Of a stretch of 64,000 nucleotides of DNA, positions 9,439-22,699 are shown piece after piece. The position numbers and the translations under genes were made by a program. Source of the DNA: Heterodontus francisci (taxonomy: Eukaryota). Each line of letters opens with the position of its first letter. The stretch's first letter is position 1. Where the stretch lies: the NCBI RefSeq assembly GCF_036365525.1, contig NC_090387.1, positions 18,197,766 to 18,261,765 of the forward strand, written 5' to 3'. The notes under the pieces were generated by a model. That model worked only from the letters and a program-made list of their open reading frames with translations. It did no database searches and had not been told where the DNA came from.

Positions 9439-11899
9439 TTTGTTAGGATTTTCTAGTCTTCGTTCCATGTAATGCAAACAACTAAAACAGTAAGATATGA
9501 AAATTTTGTTCACAAATCCTCTGTTCCATTCTCCTTGTTTCACTGTTTCTCTCTGCTCTTTCCTCTTCTGTGTCCTGTACTGATACTAATCCTCTGGAAT
9601 GAGGGAAATGTGATAAAATCAAATGAAAAAGGCTATTTCAGTAGTCCCTCGTTACGACTATTGAAAATTTCCTTGCTCACCATCTGGTACAGTTGAGGAC
9701 AATATGGGGAGGAGCGTTTTGCTGGGCCTGTGTCGTCTTTGGTTTAGATCAAGTGGAATTTTTGCATGGCTCTGGTGTAGCTAGTAAATATGTAATGAAA
9801 ATGCCAAGTATGCTTATCATTGTGAAGTATGTGCTCCGAGGTGAGGGCTGGGAGGGAGAGGAGGAGGAATCATGATTTATGTATCTACTAGCTGACCAAA
9901 GTACACACCTGCACCGCAGTAAGAATTTTTCCCCAGGCTCAAACTGGGCTTGGCATCTGGTATGTGTGAAGTGATTATGTTTGCATCAAATCAGAGGCCT
10001 GTTGTGTGTCCTGTCAGAATAATTGGTCTTTTAATTATTGGTGGTTGGGTTTAAAAAAAGGGGCTCTGGTTAATGGTGTGTAGCAAATCATTATTGTGAT
10101 AATGACTTGGGATACATCAAACTGGAAGGAGCGCCAGAGATTGTATAATACCTGAAAACTGGAGATTATCCAGTAAATACCATTTCTCTAAATGAATGGA
10201 TAGCAAGAAGGTGGTTGAATTACTTAAATTAATGCTTTTCTATGAAATCATAACCCAGCAGCAGTGAAATTGTAAATTGAAAAGATCATCCTCAATCTGT
10301 AAAGTGAGTATTTCTATTGATGCCATATTTGTTTCCATTTAACTTGTTCAAGATAGAGGATTTTTTTGCCCCAATTGGTGAGACTTCACGGGACCCAATT
10401 GCTTGAAACACCTTGATTGTTTGCACATTCCTTCATCCAGATAGAGTGGTTAAATGCACTTTGGAGTCTGCTCCCATGGAGGTAAATGCTGACACAAACT
10501 GGCTGGGATGATTTCTGTATTTAAGTGCGTGCTGTGTTGGGAACCAATGCAAGATTTATCAACTTATATTTTTGGCTAAAGGAAGTCTCCCTGCTCGGTT
10601 CTTGATTTGAGATGATGTCTCTTTGAGACAATTAAAACTTGTGCTTGTTTTGAAAGGGTTCAAGGGAGGTGATGAGGCTTGTGGGAAATTACTTAAACTC
10701 TGTTTAGGTGTGTCATTTTTGAATGTTGAACTGTTGTAAAATGATCATGGCAATATTCTGGCCTAATCTGTCCTAATACAAGACTGAATAGGAAGATCGG
10801 GTCAAGTTTTTAAAATACGTTAATCTTTTGTGTAAGAAGTGGCTAAATTTCCCATTCATGTTTAATGTTGTCCCTAGTGCTTAGGTATTGAATATGTCTT
10901 GAGCACAAAGTGTCTAGAGGCTTCTTTATACTGGAGAGTATAACTTCCCTCTTCCTTGTAATCAAGATCCTTCCTCCTATATGTGGAACTGATTATCTTA
11001 ATTGAAGTACTTTGCCCATTAGCAAAACTTTTTTTTGCAGCTTGCCAAATACTGTGTATCCAAGTTCAAAATGAAACCATCGTGCCCACAATAGCAAGAA
11101 TCAAAATATGCCTGATAGCTTCCTTTACACAAACTATAAAATATTTGTTTTGAATCTGATTGGGGAATAGCAGAAAACTTCAAATAAACTAAAATCTGCA
11201 TAAGTAGTAATAGATTTCCTTACAGAGCATTTGGCTGGTACAGTAGAGGCAGTTCACAACATGTTTGTATATGCATGGATGAGGAAGATCATTTGGTTCA
11301 TTTGTTCTGGAAAACTATTGTTTTCGCCCTTGGAGACAGTTTGAGCCGACAGAAATTCATAGCAAGTGTGGTTTTGGGTAAAGAACTTACTGATGTCAGC
11401 CCTCCATTTCCGTTTTTGTTAGTTTTGTTGTTGTGGTTTCATGTATTCTGGACTTGTTTCTTTTTGAGATTCGTTTAGTCATCTTTCAAGTTTGAATTGC
11501 CAAATTATTTATTTATTTTCCCTCCACTTATTTCTCTGATGCTAGGGATCAGATCAATGGCTTCTCTTCACTGTCTTAGGGTTTGAAAACTTTTCTATGC
11601 TTCTGTGATCAACATGGTATATAGTATGCAAGCTCAGGTCTGAGCAGGGCTGTATCGTTTTAGCATAACATTCTCTAGCTTCTTTAGTGATTTAACAATA
11701 TAGCCAACATTTCATTTGTCACTGCTTATTAAAATAATTATATGTAAAGTGCTTTGAGCTAAATAAAACTTTTTTCTTATTTGCTTTTATTGGTGCCCCT
11801 ATGGTGACAATTTACTAATAACCAAGTTTATGAACATTCCATATAATTCAGTATACTATGAAAGATATCATTTGCATGTATGTCCACACTTTTTTCAAT

Positions 11900-12075
11900 G
11901 TGCAGTGTGGCATTGGTCTCTACTGGACTAACAACAGAGGTCATGAGTTCAATCTCAAGATGCCACATTGTGAAATTATGATAAATCTGGTCATTTCTGG
12001 GCAAGAACCAAACACACCCACAAAAACCACACGATGCTGTGGAAACACTCCTTTTCAGGGAAGGGAGCTTATTTC
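11900..12075 (+). mobile_element. Old tRNA-headed repeat related to the 5' end of the 23784 element
   Basis: GTGGCATTGG..CTGGACTAAC..GAGTTCAATCTC..AAATCTGG..AAAACC..CCTTTTCAGGGAAGG follows the same motif order as 23790-24000. Confidence 0.45.
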
Positions 12076-12884
12076 AAAGTCCAAGGGGATAATGTATTTA
12101 CAACAAGGGACAAAGCCCACCACAGTTGTTGGGCAGGTGTTCCATACTATCAATATGTGGACAGTTGGGGATCTCGGCTAGATAGACTGCCAAAATGACA
12201 AACCAGCATTGGTTTCCAAGGGATCAAACTTATTTTAAGACCATATGCTCTATAATGGCAGCATATTCTAGAATGTGATGGGTTAACTTTCAGTAATTTT
12301 AATATTTGTCTATTTATATTCTAATCTTGAATCAAATGTTTGTCTTTTAATATGCACTTCCTGCAAGTGTAATACATAATTCCTGTTGCGCTTGCCTCTT
12401 CATAGTTACATTGAATCTACAGCACAGAAACCAGCTATTTGATCCAACTGGTCTATGCTGGCAGTTAAATTCTACACCGCCTCCTTCCACTCCTCTTCAT
12501 CTAACTCTATCAGCATATTCCTCTATTCTTTTCTCCCTTGTGTTTATCTGACTTCCCCTTAAATGTATCTGCTATTTGTCTCAATTGTAGCACATTTGGC
12601 ATTCTTACCACCCTTTAGGGATGACATTGCTATCCTGCATACAATGTCATGGGAGATATGGTAAGTTCTGTGCATAGAATTTTTTATTACCCTCTGTTGC
12701 TTTCTGAGAATATATTCACATTTTATGACCGTATACATCAGTCTGCATTCACATTTCTAAAGCCTTGTATGATTATGGATGTTTTCAGAGATATTTTGAG
12801 ATCGTTGTATTAGATTTCTAATTGCACACATTTTACAAGATTGTATGTTTACACACAATTTATTACTTGTAAGTCAGAATATGA

Positions 12885-15090
12885 TTGACAAGAGTCAACA
12901 GTTTCATGGAAGAGAAGTCATGGTTGACAAATGTATAATTTTTTTGATACAGTAACTAGCGGGGTTTCTTTTCTTTCTTTCTTTCTTTCTTTTGGGCCTC
13001 CTTATCTCGAGAGACAATGGATACGCGCCTGGAGGTGGTCAGTGGTTTGTGAAGCAGCGCCTGGAGTGGCTATAAAGGCCAATTCTGGAGTGACAGGCTC
13101 TTCCACAGGTGCTGCAGAGAAATTTGTTTGTTGGGGCTGTTGCACAGTTGGCTCTCCCCTTGCGCCTCTGTCTTTTTTCCTGCCAACTACTAAGTCTCTT
13201 CGACTCGCCACAATTTAGCCCTGTCTTTATGGCTGCCCGCCAGCTCTGGCGAATGCTGGCAACTGATTCCCACGACTTGTGATCAATGTCACACGATTTC
13301 ATGTCGCGTTTGCAGACGTCTTTATAACGGAGACATGGACGGCCGGTGGGTCTGATACCAGTGGCGAGCTCGCTGTACAATGTGTCTTTGGGGATCCTGC
13401 CATCTTCCATGCGGCTCACATGGCCAAGCCATCTCAAGCGCCGCTGACTCAGTAGTGTGTATAAGCTGGGGGTGTTGGCCGCTTCAAGGACTTCTGTGTT
13501 GGAGATATAGTCCTGCCACCTGATGCCAAGTATTCTCCGAAGGCAGCGAAGCTGGAATGAATTGAGACGTCGCTCTTGGCTGGCATACGTTGTCCAGGCC
13601 TCGCTGCCGTAGAGCAAGGTACTGAGGACACAGGCCTGATACACTCGGACTTTTGTGTTCCGTGTCAGTGCGCCATTTTCCCACACTCTCTTGGCCAGTC
13701 TGGACATAGCAGTGGAAGCCTTACCCATGCGCTTGTTGATTTCTGCATCTAGAGACAGGTTACTGGTGATAGTTGAGCCTAGGTAGGTGAACTCTTGAAC
13801 CACTTCCAGAGCGTGGTCGCCAATATTGATGGAGCATTTCTGACATCCTGCCCCATGATGTTCGTTTTCTTGAGGCTGATGGTTAGGCCAAATTAATTGC
13901 AGGCAGACGCAAACCTGTCGATGAGACTCTGCAGGCATTCTTCAGTGTGAGATGTTAAAGCAGCATCGTCAGCAAAGAGGAGTTCTCTGATGAGGACTTT
14001 CCGTACTTTGGACTTCGCTCTTAGACGGGCAAGGTTGAACAACCTGCCCCCTGATCTTGTGTGGAGGAAAATTCCTTCTTCAGAGGATTTGAACGCATGT
14101 GAAAGCAGCAGGGAGAAGAAAATCCCAAAAAGTGTGGGTGCGAGAACACAGCCCTGTTTCACACTACTCAGGATAGGAAAGGGCTCTGATGAGGAGCCAC
14201 CATGTTGAATTGTGCCTTTCATATTGTCATGGAATGAGGTGATGATACTTAGTAGCTTTGGTGGACATCCGATCTTTTCTAGTAGTCTGAAGAGACCACG
14301 TCTGCTGACAAGGTCAAAGGCTTTGGTGAGATCAATGAAAGCAATGTAGAGGGGCATCTGTTGTTCACGGCATTTCTCCTGTATCTGACGAAGGGAGAAC
14401 AGCATGTCAATAGTCGATCTCTCTGCACGAAAGCCACACTGTGCCTCAGGGTAGACGCGCTCGGCCAGCTTCTGGAGCCTGTTCAGAGCGACTCGAGCAA
14501 AGACTTTCCCCACTATGCTGAGCAGGGAGATTCCACGGTAGTTGTTGCAGTCACCGCGGTCACCTTTGTTTTTATAGAGGGTGATGATGTTGGCATCGCG
14601 CATGTCCTGGGGTACTGCTCCCTCGTCCCAGCACAGGCATAGCAGTTCATGTAGTGCTGAGAGTATAGCAGGCTTGGCACTCTTGATTATTTCAGGGGTA
14701 ATGCTGTCCTTCCCAGGGGCTTTTCCGCTGGCTAGGGAATCAATGGCATCACTGAGTTCCGATTTGGTTGGCTGTATGTCCAGCTCATCCATGACTGGTA
14801 GAGGCTGGGCTGCATTGAGGGCAGTCTCAGTGACAGCATTCTCCCTGGAGTACAGTTCTAGGTAGTGCTCAACCCAGCGGTCCATCTGTTTGCGTTGGTC
14901 AGTGATTATGTCCCCCGATTTAGATTTGAGGGGGGTGATCTTCTTGATGGTTGGCCCAAGAGCTCTCTTCATGCCATCATACATTCCTCTGATGTTTCCG
15001 GTGTCTGAGCGGGGTAGATAAAGGGAAACCAATGGAAATAGTCTATTTAGATTTTAAGGAGGATTTCGATAAGGTGTGACACAAGAAGTG
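12885..15090 (+). mobile_element. Old CR1 RT fragment split by the RTE insertion
   Basis: Joining 12885-12965 to 15016-15090 restores a CR1-like KSxLTNxxxFFDTVTSGVDKGKPMEIVYLDF..FDKV stretch. Confidence 0.7.
12966..15007 (-). mobile_element. 5'-truncated RTE-clade LINE (RT + C-terminal C2H2-like zinc finger), young
   Basis: ORFs 13893-15032 and 13039-13938 encode NYRGISLL, FIDLTKAFD, KQGCVLAP, LLFADD and FLCSTCGRACHSRIGLYSH; (GAAA)n tail at 12966-12993; exact 8-bp TSD AGCGGGGT at 12958-12965 and 15008-15015. Only one in-frame stop (13893-13895) and one small frameshift (~13835) are visible. Confidence 0.93.
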
Positions 15091-15649
15091 GTTCATCATT
15101 TGTCTGACCCAAACTCTGCAAGAAGGCTGTTTTTATGCATAAAAAAGCATGTCCTTGAGTTTAATTCATTGACGATTTATTAAGATATTGCCAGAGTGAC
15201 CAGATTCTCTTCTTCCCCTCCCCCCATTTGAATTTCCTAAGGCTGCTTTAATTAATTGCTTCATCAGAAGTTTGTATTCATATTGAATTGTGTACCCACT
15301 CTGATTCTCTCTAAAGCACTTCTGCCAGAAGCGCATAGATATGTTTGTTTGTTGCCTTGCTGACCCCATCCTATTCTTGCGTTAAGACTGCTTTTATTTT
15401 AGTTCAGTTGCCAAGATTCTGATTTCATGTAATTGTTAACTATCCCTATTTCATGCTGCTGCTTTGTTCTATATATCAATTAATTAGATTCTTCTGTCAG
15501 CAGTAATTAATGTGTTTTTACATCTTAAATGTGTAGTTATTTCTTGCACATTTCTTTAACAAGTGCTTCATGCAGTTCATGAATTAATAGGAGCACTTAT
15601 TTGAATCTTAAAGATTAAAACTTGATTAGATTCATTAGGACTTGGCACC

Positions 15650-15985
15650 AATTTCGGCTGACACTGCAGTGCAGTACTGAGGGAGTGCTGCACTGTCAGA
15701 GCTGCAATCTTTCAGATCAGATCTGAAATGGAGACCCCATCTGCCCCCTCGGGTGAATGTAAAAGATCCCTGGCCCTGTTTTGAAGAGTAGGGGATTTTT
15801 CAATATATATCCCTCAACCAAAATCACTAAACAAATGATCTGGTCATTATCACATTGCTGTTTGGAAGAGTTTGCTATATTGCAACAGTGACTACACTTC
15901 TAAAAGTACTTAACTGGCTGTAAAGCACTTTGAGACATCTGGTGGACATGAAGGGGGCTTTATAAATGCAAGTCTTTTTTTTTTA
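15650..15985 (+). mobile_element. Deu-domain SINE (SacSINE1-like)
   Basis: CAGTGCAGTACTGAGGGAGTGCTGCACTGTC...GTAAAAGATCCC...ATCTGGTCATTATCACATTGCTGTTTG and an L2-like tail TATAAATGCAAGTC. Confidence 0.8.
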
Positions 15986-15994
15986 AAAGACATG

Positions 15995-16540
15995 AGTTGC
16001 TGGATGCTTTTGTTACCTCTAGACTTGATTATTCTAATGCACTTTACCCTCCATAAACTTGAGGTCATTCAAATCTCTGCTGCCTGTGTCTTAAGTTGCA
16101 CCAAATCCCATTTGCCCATCTTCCCTGTGCTCACTGATTTACATTGGCTCCTGGTCAAACAATGCCTTGCTTTTAAAATACTCATCCTTGTTTTCAACTC
16201 AGTCCGTGGCTTAGCCCCCTCCTTTATCTGTAATCTCCTGTTGGCCCTACAATTCCAATTACAAGGCTAATTCTGGCCTCCTGGAACATTCACAATTTTA
16301 ATCACTTCTCCATTGATTGCTGTACCTTCAACTGCCTAGGTCCTGAGGTCTGAAATTCCCTCCCTATATCTCACCCTCTTTCCCCTCTTTCCTCCTTTTA
16401 AGATTGTCCTTAAAACCTACCTCTGCCAAGCTTTTGGCATCTGGCCTAATATCTCCTTATGTCAAATTTTGTTCCATAACACACCTTTAAAGTGCCTTGG
16501 CACATTTTATGTTAAAAAGGTGCTACATGAATGTAAGTTG
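15995..16540 (+). mobile_element. L2 LINE 3' end
   Basis: LxxIQ.SAA.VL, PVLTDLHWLLVKQ..FKILILVF motifs and a typical L2 3'UTR ending GGTGCTACATGAATGTAAGTTG. Confidence 0.75.
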
Positions 16541-16550
16541 ATTTAGTTAG

Positions 16551-17184
16551 GTTTTTTTTGTTTCCAAAATATACTTTATTCATAAAAATCTGTAATAAAA
16601 AAAAACATGACAAAACCGTTCCAAACAGCACCAAGTCAAAAAAATACAGTGCAAAGGAGGTCAGTTTCCTTCAATACAGGAGTGAGTTGCCTCACAATCC
16701 TTCCATTTAATTTTTCATGCCATATACATTTTTACAGTAAACAAAAATTTTCCCGATACATTTCGAGGGGTTTCCCATGGATCCAGCCCCTCAGTTCAGC
16801 TTGGTGGGGGACCTTACACAGTGGTCTTTCCCCATTGAGCCTTTGCTGCGGCTGCCCCAAGCTTTAGTGCGTCCCTCAGCACATAGTCCTGGACCTTGGA
16901 ATGTGCCAGTCTGCAACATTAGGTCGTGGACAACTCTTTGTGCTGGAAGACCAGCAGGTTTTGGGCAGACCAAAGGGCGTCTTTCACCGAATTGATAGTC
17001 CTCCAACAGCAGTTGATGTTTATCTCTGTGTGCATCCCTGGGAACAGCCCATAGAGCACAGACTCCTGTATTACAGAGCTGCTTGGAATGAACCTCGACA
17101 AAAACCACTGCATCTCCACACCTGTTTTGCAAAGTCACATTCCAGAAGGAGGTGGGCAACTGTCTCTTCCCTACCACAGCCACA
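16551..17184 (-). mobile_element. 5'-truncated Tx1/L1-group LINE 3' end
   Basis: Minus strand CGREETVAHLLLECDFAKQVW (end of CCHC zinc knuckle), then VLYGLFPG...WRTINSVKDALW, AATAAA and A-tail; 11-bp TSD GATTTAGTTAG at 16540-16550 and 17185-17195. Confidence 0.8.
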
Positions 17185-19874
17185 GATTTAGTTAGTTCAG
17201 TTCTGAACCTGGGAATCAAAGTTGATGTCAATTTTATCCTGGACACAGGAATGCAGTGAGAAGGGTATTTTCATCCTCCTCTTCGGTGATGACCCAATTG
17301 GAGTTTAATCTTGAAGTGTACAAACACCTCGAGGCACTTGCTTTTTTTCTCTACTGGGGATCAACTCACCACTATTGCACAGCTGAGCCTGCTCAGTGGA
17401 GGATCATTGGAACATGACCCTGTTCGTTTGAATATATGGATAGAATAGAGCGTAGGAAACTGTGCCATGTGCCATAAGCCATACTGAATTCCATGACCAT
17501 TGTAGAGACTTCACCTTCCAAAAAAAGTTTTAACATTCTTTTGATGAATTCTTACACCCCTGAAAGTGAGCGATGTAAGGGATTGGGGCCTTTCCTAAAT
17601 CAGGTACCAAGTGCCAGCATCAAGCACTCTTGGGTAGAGCATATGCAGGCTAGTTTCCTCTATTGTGCTCCATTGATTCCATCTGAAGCCTTATTGGTGC
17701 TGAGATTCTGCCATAGGGTGGGCATCAGAGTCCCAGCTGAGCTCTGCCCATAGGCGTGGCAACAGCTATTTCTTTCCATCCTAAATAAACAAAGCTTAAT
17801 TTAAATATGGAAATGGGTGTGGAGATGTCAAAGTATGCACAGGATATTGTGTGGAATGTTCTGTATAAACTGAGCAGCTTATTCAAAGCCACAGTAATAC
17901 AAATAGAAGCGTTTTTAGACTACCTGGAATTTTTTTTCATAGGCACTTGGGGTGTCATGAACCAGTTGTTCTTAAACACTACTGTTACTCGCACCAATGG
18001 GGGGAAAAACCAATCTGAACTCTAAGAGGAAGGTCAATGAAGAAATGCCACTCAGGTAAAGGTGCATAAAAGGTGTTCTGTGCACACCCACTAGTACTCG
18101 CACATCAGACAGGTGAATATACCTCACTTTGTAAACAATTAGTGCTTCTGGAGGTTTCTACTAAAATGAGCTGAGATGTATACCCAGTGGCATCAGTAAG
18201 TTCTGGCTAACTAATGTTGGCTGTTTCCTCTGACACCATGTAACCTAATCACACTCATGTTTTCAATAGCACTGCAAAAAACAGCATGTTGGGGTGATCA
18301 TCTGCTTGTATAGCTTGGTCTGCTGTATCTGCCAAGATGCTGCCAACCATTCTGAAGACTCCAGCATGCTTGGCATTGCAGTGACTGGAGGAACTGTCTT
18401 CACAAGGTCTGGATCAACAGAGAGCCAGTTGCAAAACTGCCATGAAGCTGGCATGTCCAGTGACGCTTATTAGCTGTGGCCTAAAACTTAGCTTCATCTC
18501 CTTCCAGGCATGTTGCAGTATTATGGAGCTGGTGTCAACGTACAAAGGACCACTGTTCTTATCACCTCGTGCAATATCACCTTCATTACAGTAGCTGTGA
18601 AATGGGGTAGAATGTGGTCCTGTTCTGTAACTTGCTTACTGATTGATGCTGTATCTGAGGCTTCCTTTCCCTTCATTGTTGCCTGCCAATTCTTTTAGCC
18701 TTGGCAAAATATGTTAATGGGCTTATCAGCCTTTTAAAAAGATTTAAAACTATTCTGTCACTTTATTATGATCCGCATCTTCAATCTGCAGCCTTTTAAA
18801 TTTCCATGCAATTTGCCATCTACCAATCATGTGCTTCCTGCACGTGTCAGTCTGTTCCTGGGTACTGCAAATAATTATGAAATGAATTTACCCAGGAAAA
18901 TTGAGTGCTATTAGCACTTTGTCATTCTGGCGAGTTTTGTGCAATTTCTTCTCCATTTAGAGTGGACTGGCTCCAATACCTCAAAATTGTCCCAGTTGCT
19001 TCAATTTTTTTTACAGGAGCAATGTCTGTGTTCTTTCCAAATGAGAGTGGCAAATAGTACCAATTTGGAACCGTTTGGTGCTCTGGGGCCAGGCCACCAG
19101 AAACAGGATTAAAATTGCCAAGCAGCTACAACCAACCAGGCACGAAGACCTCCATTCTATTTCATCTGACCTGGATTCAAACCCAAGTCAAGTGTGAAAG
19201 GGACACTGGTAACTCGTAGCACTTAATTTACCTGTATGTCTATGAAGTTTTGCCTTCAAGGTGAAGGATGCCGGTGCTAGAGGATCGGGATACTTTTGCA
19301 TTAGTTATCCTGTGCCAATTTACAGCTCAACTATAAAGAGGTTAGAGGCAGAACAAAACTCCAGCTCCACTACTTTACGAACTAATCCATCCTGCACAAC
19401 TACATCACAATATATGTACCTCATCCAACCTGAAAACCATCGAGGAAAGATGGGAAACTAGATTAAAACATCGAGGCCAATTTTAGTTTTTTGGGAGAAG
19501 TGGGGGGCGAGGGAGGAGAAGAAATCTGGGAATTCTTCTGAGTTCTTTATGCAATTGAAACCAGTCCAGGAGATCACTCTGGCCCTGCTAATGTCATATA
19601 TTTACCTACTTTTTGTACAAGGTGATCTCTACTCTGATCAGAAACAGGTCCAGTTCTACTCTACTTTGCCAACCATTTCTATAGTTGAGAATGATTAGCG
19701 GTACATTGGGTGACTTGTGTAGTGGGCATATGCTCATTAGGACTAGGGTTGAATCAGTTCAAAATTGATCAAGTTACACCCTTCTAGTTAACAAAGGAGA
19801 TACTTTTGTGACAACTGATTGAGAAAGGCTCCTGTGATGGGACAGTGTAATTTATTGTGCATATTTCACAATAC

Positions 19875-20100
19875 AAGTGGAATGCTCTCCCTGAGAGTGT
19901 TGGTGGAGGCAGATTCAATCGAGGTCTTCAAAAGAGAATTGGATAATTGCCTGAAGAGAGAGAGAATTTGCAGGGCTACGGGGAAAAGGCAGGGGAATGG
20001 GACTAGGTGAGTTGCTCTTGCAGAGAGCCAGCATGGACGTGACGAACCAAATGGGGGTCGTCATCTGTGCTCCAACCATTCTATGATCCTATGATTCTAA
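19875..20100 (+). mobile_element. CR1 3' end
   Basis: VEADSIEVFKRELD and a (TTCTATGA)n-type tail. Confidence 0.75.
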
Positions 20101-20697
20101 GTACATTAAAAGCCATAAGGAAGTATGTAGATTGTGAACAAAAGCATTTTGTCAAATTATCACCTAGTCAAATTATGTATAAAATGGAACATGAAGTGAC
20201 ATCACAGTTGATATTCAAATAACTACCCAAACCATGTGAACAGAGCTGTTGCTACGGCAGAAAATCAAATTTGGGACAAACCTTTAATATTCAGACATAC
20301 AGTCCTACCAAATTTAGCATTTAAAAACCTGGTGTAACTTGGAATGTCATTGGAAAATTAATATTTGGTTTATTCCTATTTTGGAATGAAAATTTTTACA
20401 ATGCACTACTTTGTCTCTGGAAAGTTGCCATATAAATATGGAAATACAATCTGAGATTAGGACTGGGGACTCAGCTGTATTTTGTTGACGAGCTGACTCG
20501 TACTGGGGTACAGTTAGTTACACTGTCACTGATCACCTCTGGTACCTCACACAACCAATCACCTTTCCTGCATGGTCCTAGACAGCATCTACAAAGTGTA
20601 CAACTAGTGGGGGAGGGGTCAATATAGCAGAGTCCAAATCTGTACTTAGCCAGTGTTGAAACATGAGGCATTTGACAGCAATGTGGACAGAAATCCT

Positions 20698-21181
20698 GGC
20701 TGGAATTCAATGCAACCCCACCCCTTGCACCACCTGGGAATAAGCTAGAAGGTGGGTGTTTTGGGTGGAGGGTAAAATTGTGTGGAGACCGTTTAAGGGC
20801 CTCTTCCTGCCACCGCTGGTATTCTACCAGCAGTGGACGAGCACTTCACCTGAGGAGGCACCCCAGTAATACCTGGCTGTTGAGGGGAGGTGGTGGTGGG
20901 GACATCCTGATCAGGTATTGTCCCTGGCAAGACCTGACCCCCAGTTAACCTCAACATATCCATGTTCCTCTTGATGGATGTAGTCCTAGCATTGACCACC
21001 ACTCCCTGCAGCTCTTGGAGGTGGGACTTCCTGTCTCAAAGGGGCTGAGGTCCTGACTGAGGCCAATTAAAGGCCTGGGCCATGTAAAATAGCAGCAGGG
21101 CTTCCAGGCCCGGTGGAGGTGGGCTCGTCCCAACTTTTCAGCCAGTGTGCGGGGCCACTGCCTCACCGTTAAATTCCGGCC
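20698..21181. mobile_element. MITE-like non-autonomous DNA transposon (possibly PIF/Harbinger)
   Basis: Imperfect 15-bp terminal inverted repeats GGCTGGAATTCAATG / CGTTAAATTCCGGCC flanking a ~480-bp GC-richer noncoding block. Confidence 0.55.
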
Positions 21182-22223
21182 CTTATTTCTTCTTCCCCAC
21201 CCTCCGTCCATTTCCCAAGCTAGGGATATTAAAGCCAGATGCAGCACCCCTAATGTTACCCTGGATCAGATCGGTTAACAGCACAAATGGGAATCAAACC
21301 TGGGACCTTTTTGATGTGTATTGTTCAGCAACACAGTGACAATCGATTGAACGATCAGGCAAGCTTTTCTCTTCTTACTGAGTAAAAGAGCAATTTCTTT
21401 TCTTTCTTTCAGAATTATAAGCAGCATTTGACCTGTATGAGCTGCTGTGACTATCCTAAGTATGAGTTTTGTACAGTCAATTTCAATAATGTGCTCTTGC
21501 TGTATGCTGTCAAAGTTTTCATAGATGTGTATCATTATTGCAATTGTTTATCAATGCATGAAAAAAGCTGTAATGGCAAATTGTTTTCAGGCAAGGATCA
21601 TGGGAAGGCCTTTTGGTAGTTGGTATGATCGTTGGTGACTGAAGAAGCCAAGAAGTTTTCAGGAGGAAATCTTACAGCAGTGCAGGCCTGAAAGTACTTT
21701 TTCTTGAACAAGGATGAAATGTTGCAGGTTTCTTATGGTTAAGCCTCAATCCAAAGTCAATGGTGAAAATCCTGGTTCACTTTTGCAGGTGGGGGAGTTC
21801 CAAAGTCACTTTGTAATTTGTCTGCTGCAGTAGTTAAAAGGGTATTGTCAGCAGGGTTCCTGCCTAGCTGCAACTGTCTTACAGCCATTCTGGCTGGAAA
21901 ATACCTATTTTAGTCTCAGCTGCAGAGTCAGTCTGTCTACAACAGACTTTGTTAGTTCCATTCCTGAAGATAGGAGTTATTTGCATGAAGTGGGCTGTTT
22001 TAAATTTCAATGTGTTTTCCCCAAAGCTAATTCAGATGTGGATAATGGGTTTCATCTTCAATAAACAGACACCTGTTTATTGACAGTGGCCTGGAGAGGT
22101 CACCTGACCTCTACTCCATTTTGCCTGTGGCACAAATGTGTCCATTTTCTTGTGGTTCAGTTCAACAGTTAACTTTTATTTCATAATTCCTCCAGTTCAT
22201 TTCTTTCTGCACTGTTCCCTTCG

Positions 22224-22625
22224 TTAGTGTGGTACTGGTTTAGTCTCATTGTTGCTGGGGAGAGGGATGGAGTGTGTAGTTAGAGAATGGAGTTTGAAGC
22301 AAGGACTGAAAGTAATGGCTTCAGTCTTCCCAATAAATAATTGGAGGAAATTCCTGCTCATCCAGTACTGGATGTCAGATAAACAGACTGACAATTTAGC
22401 AGCAGTGGAGGAGTCAAAAGAGGTGGTGGTGGTAAAGTAGAGCCGGGTGTCATCAGCATACATGTGAAGACTGATGCTGTGCTTTCGGATGGTGTTGCCT
22501 AGGGGCAGCATGTAGATGAGAAATAGGAGGGGGCCAAGGATAGATCCTTCGGGGACGCCAGAGGTAACTGTACGGGAGTAGGTAGAGAAGCCATTGCAGG
22601 TGATGCTCTGGCTACGATTAACAAA
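22224..22625 (-). mobile_element. L2 LINE RT fragment
   Basis: ORF 22224-22637: VTSGVPEGSILGPLLFLIYMLPLG...HMYADDTRLY...WMSRNFLQL..GKTE. Confidence 0.85.
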
Positions 22626-22699
22626 TGAATTGAACATAGTCTGTAACTGAAAAAATTTTCATAACTGCAAAAGGAGCCAATATCATTTTTTTTTCTTTT

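Noticed and set aside
18270-18475. 67-codon open stretch after a TTTTCAATAG acceptor-like site
   Set aside because: No recognisable protein similarity or linked exons; may be chance or a very old repeat.
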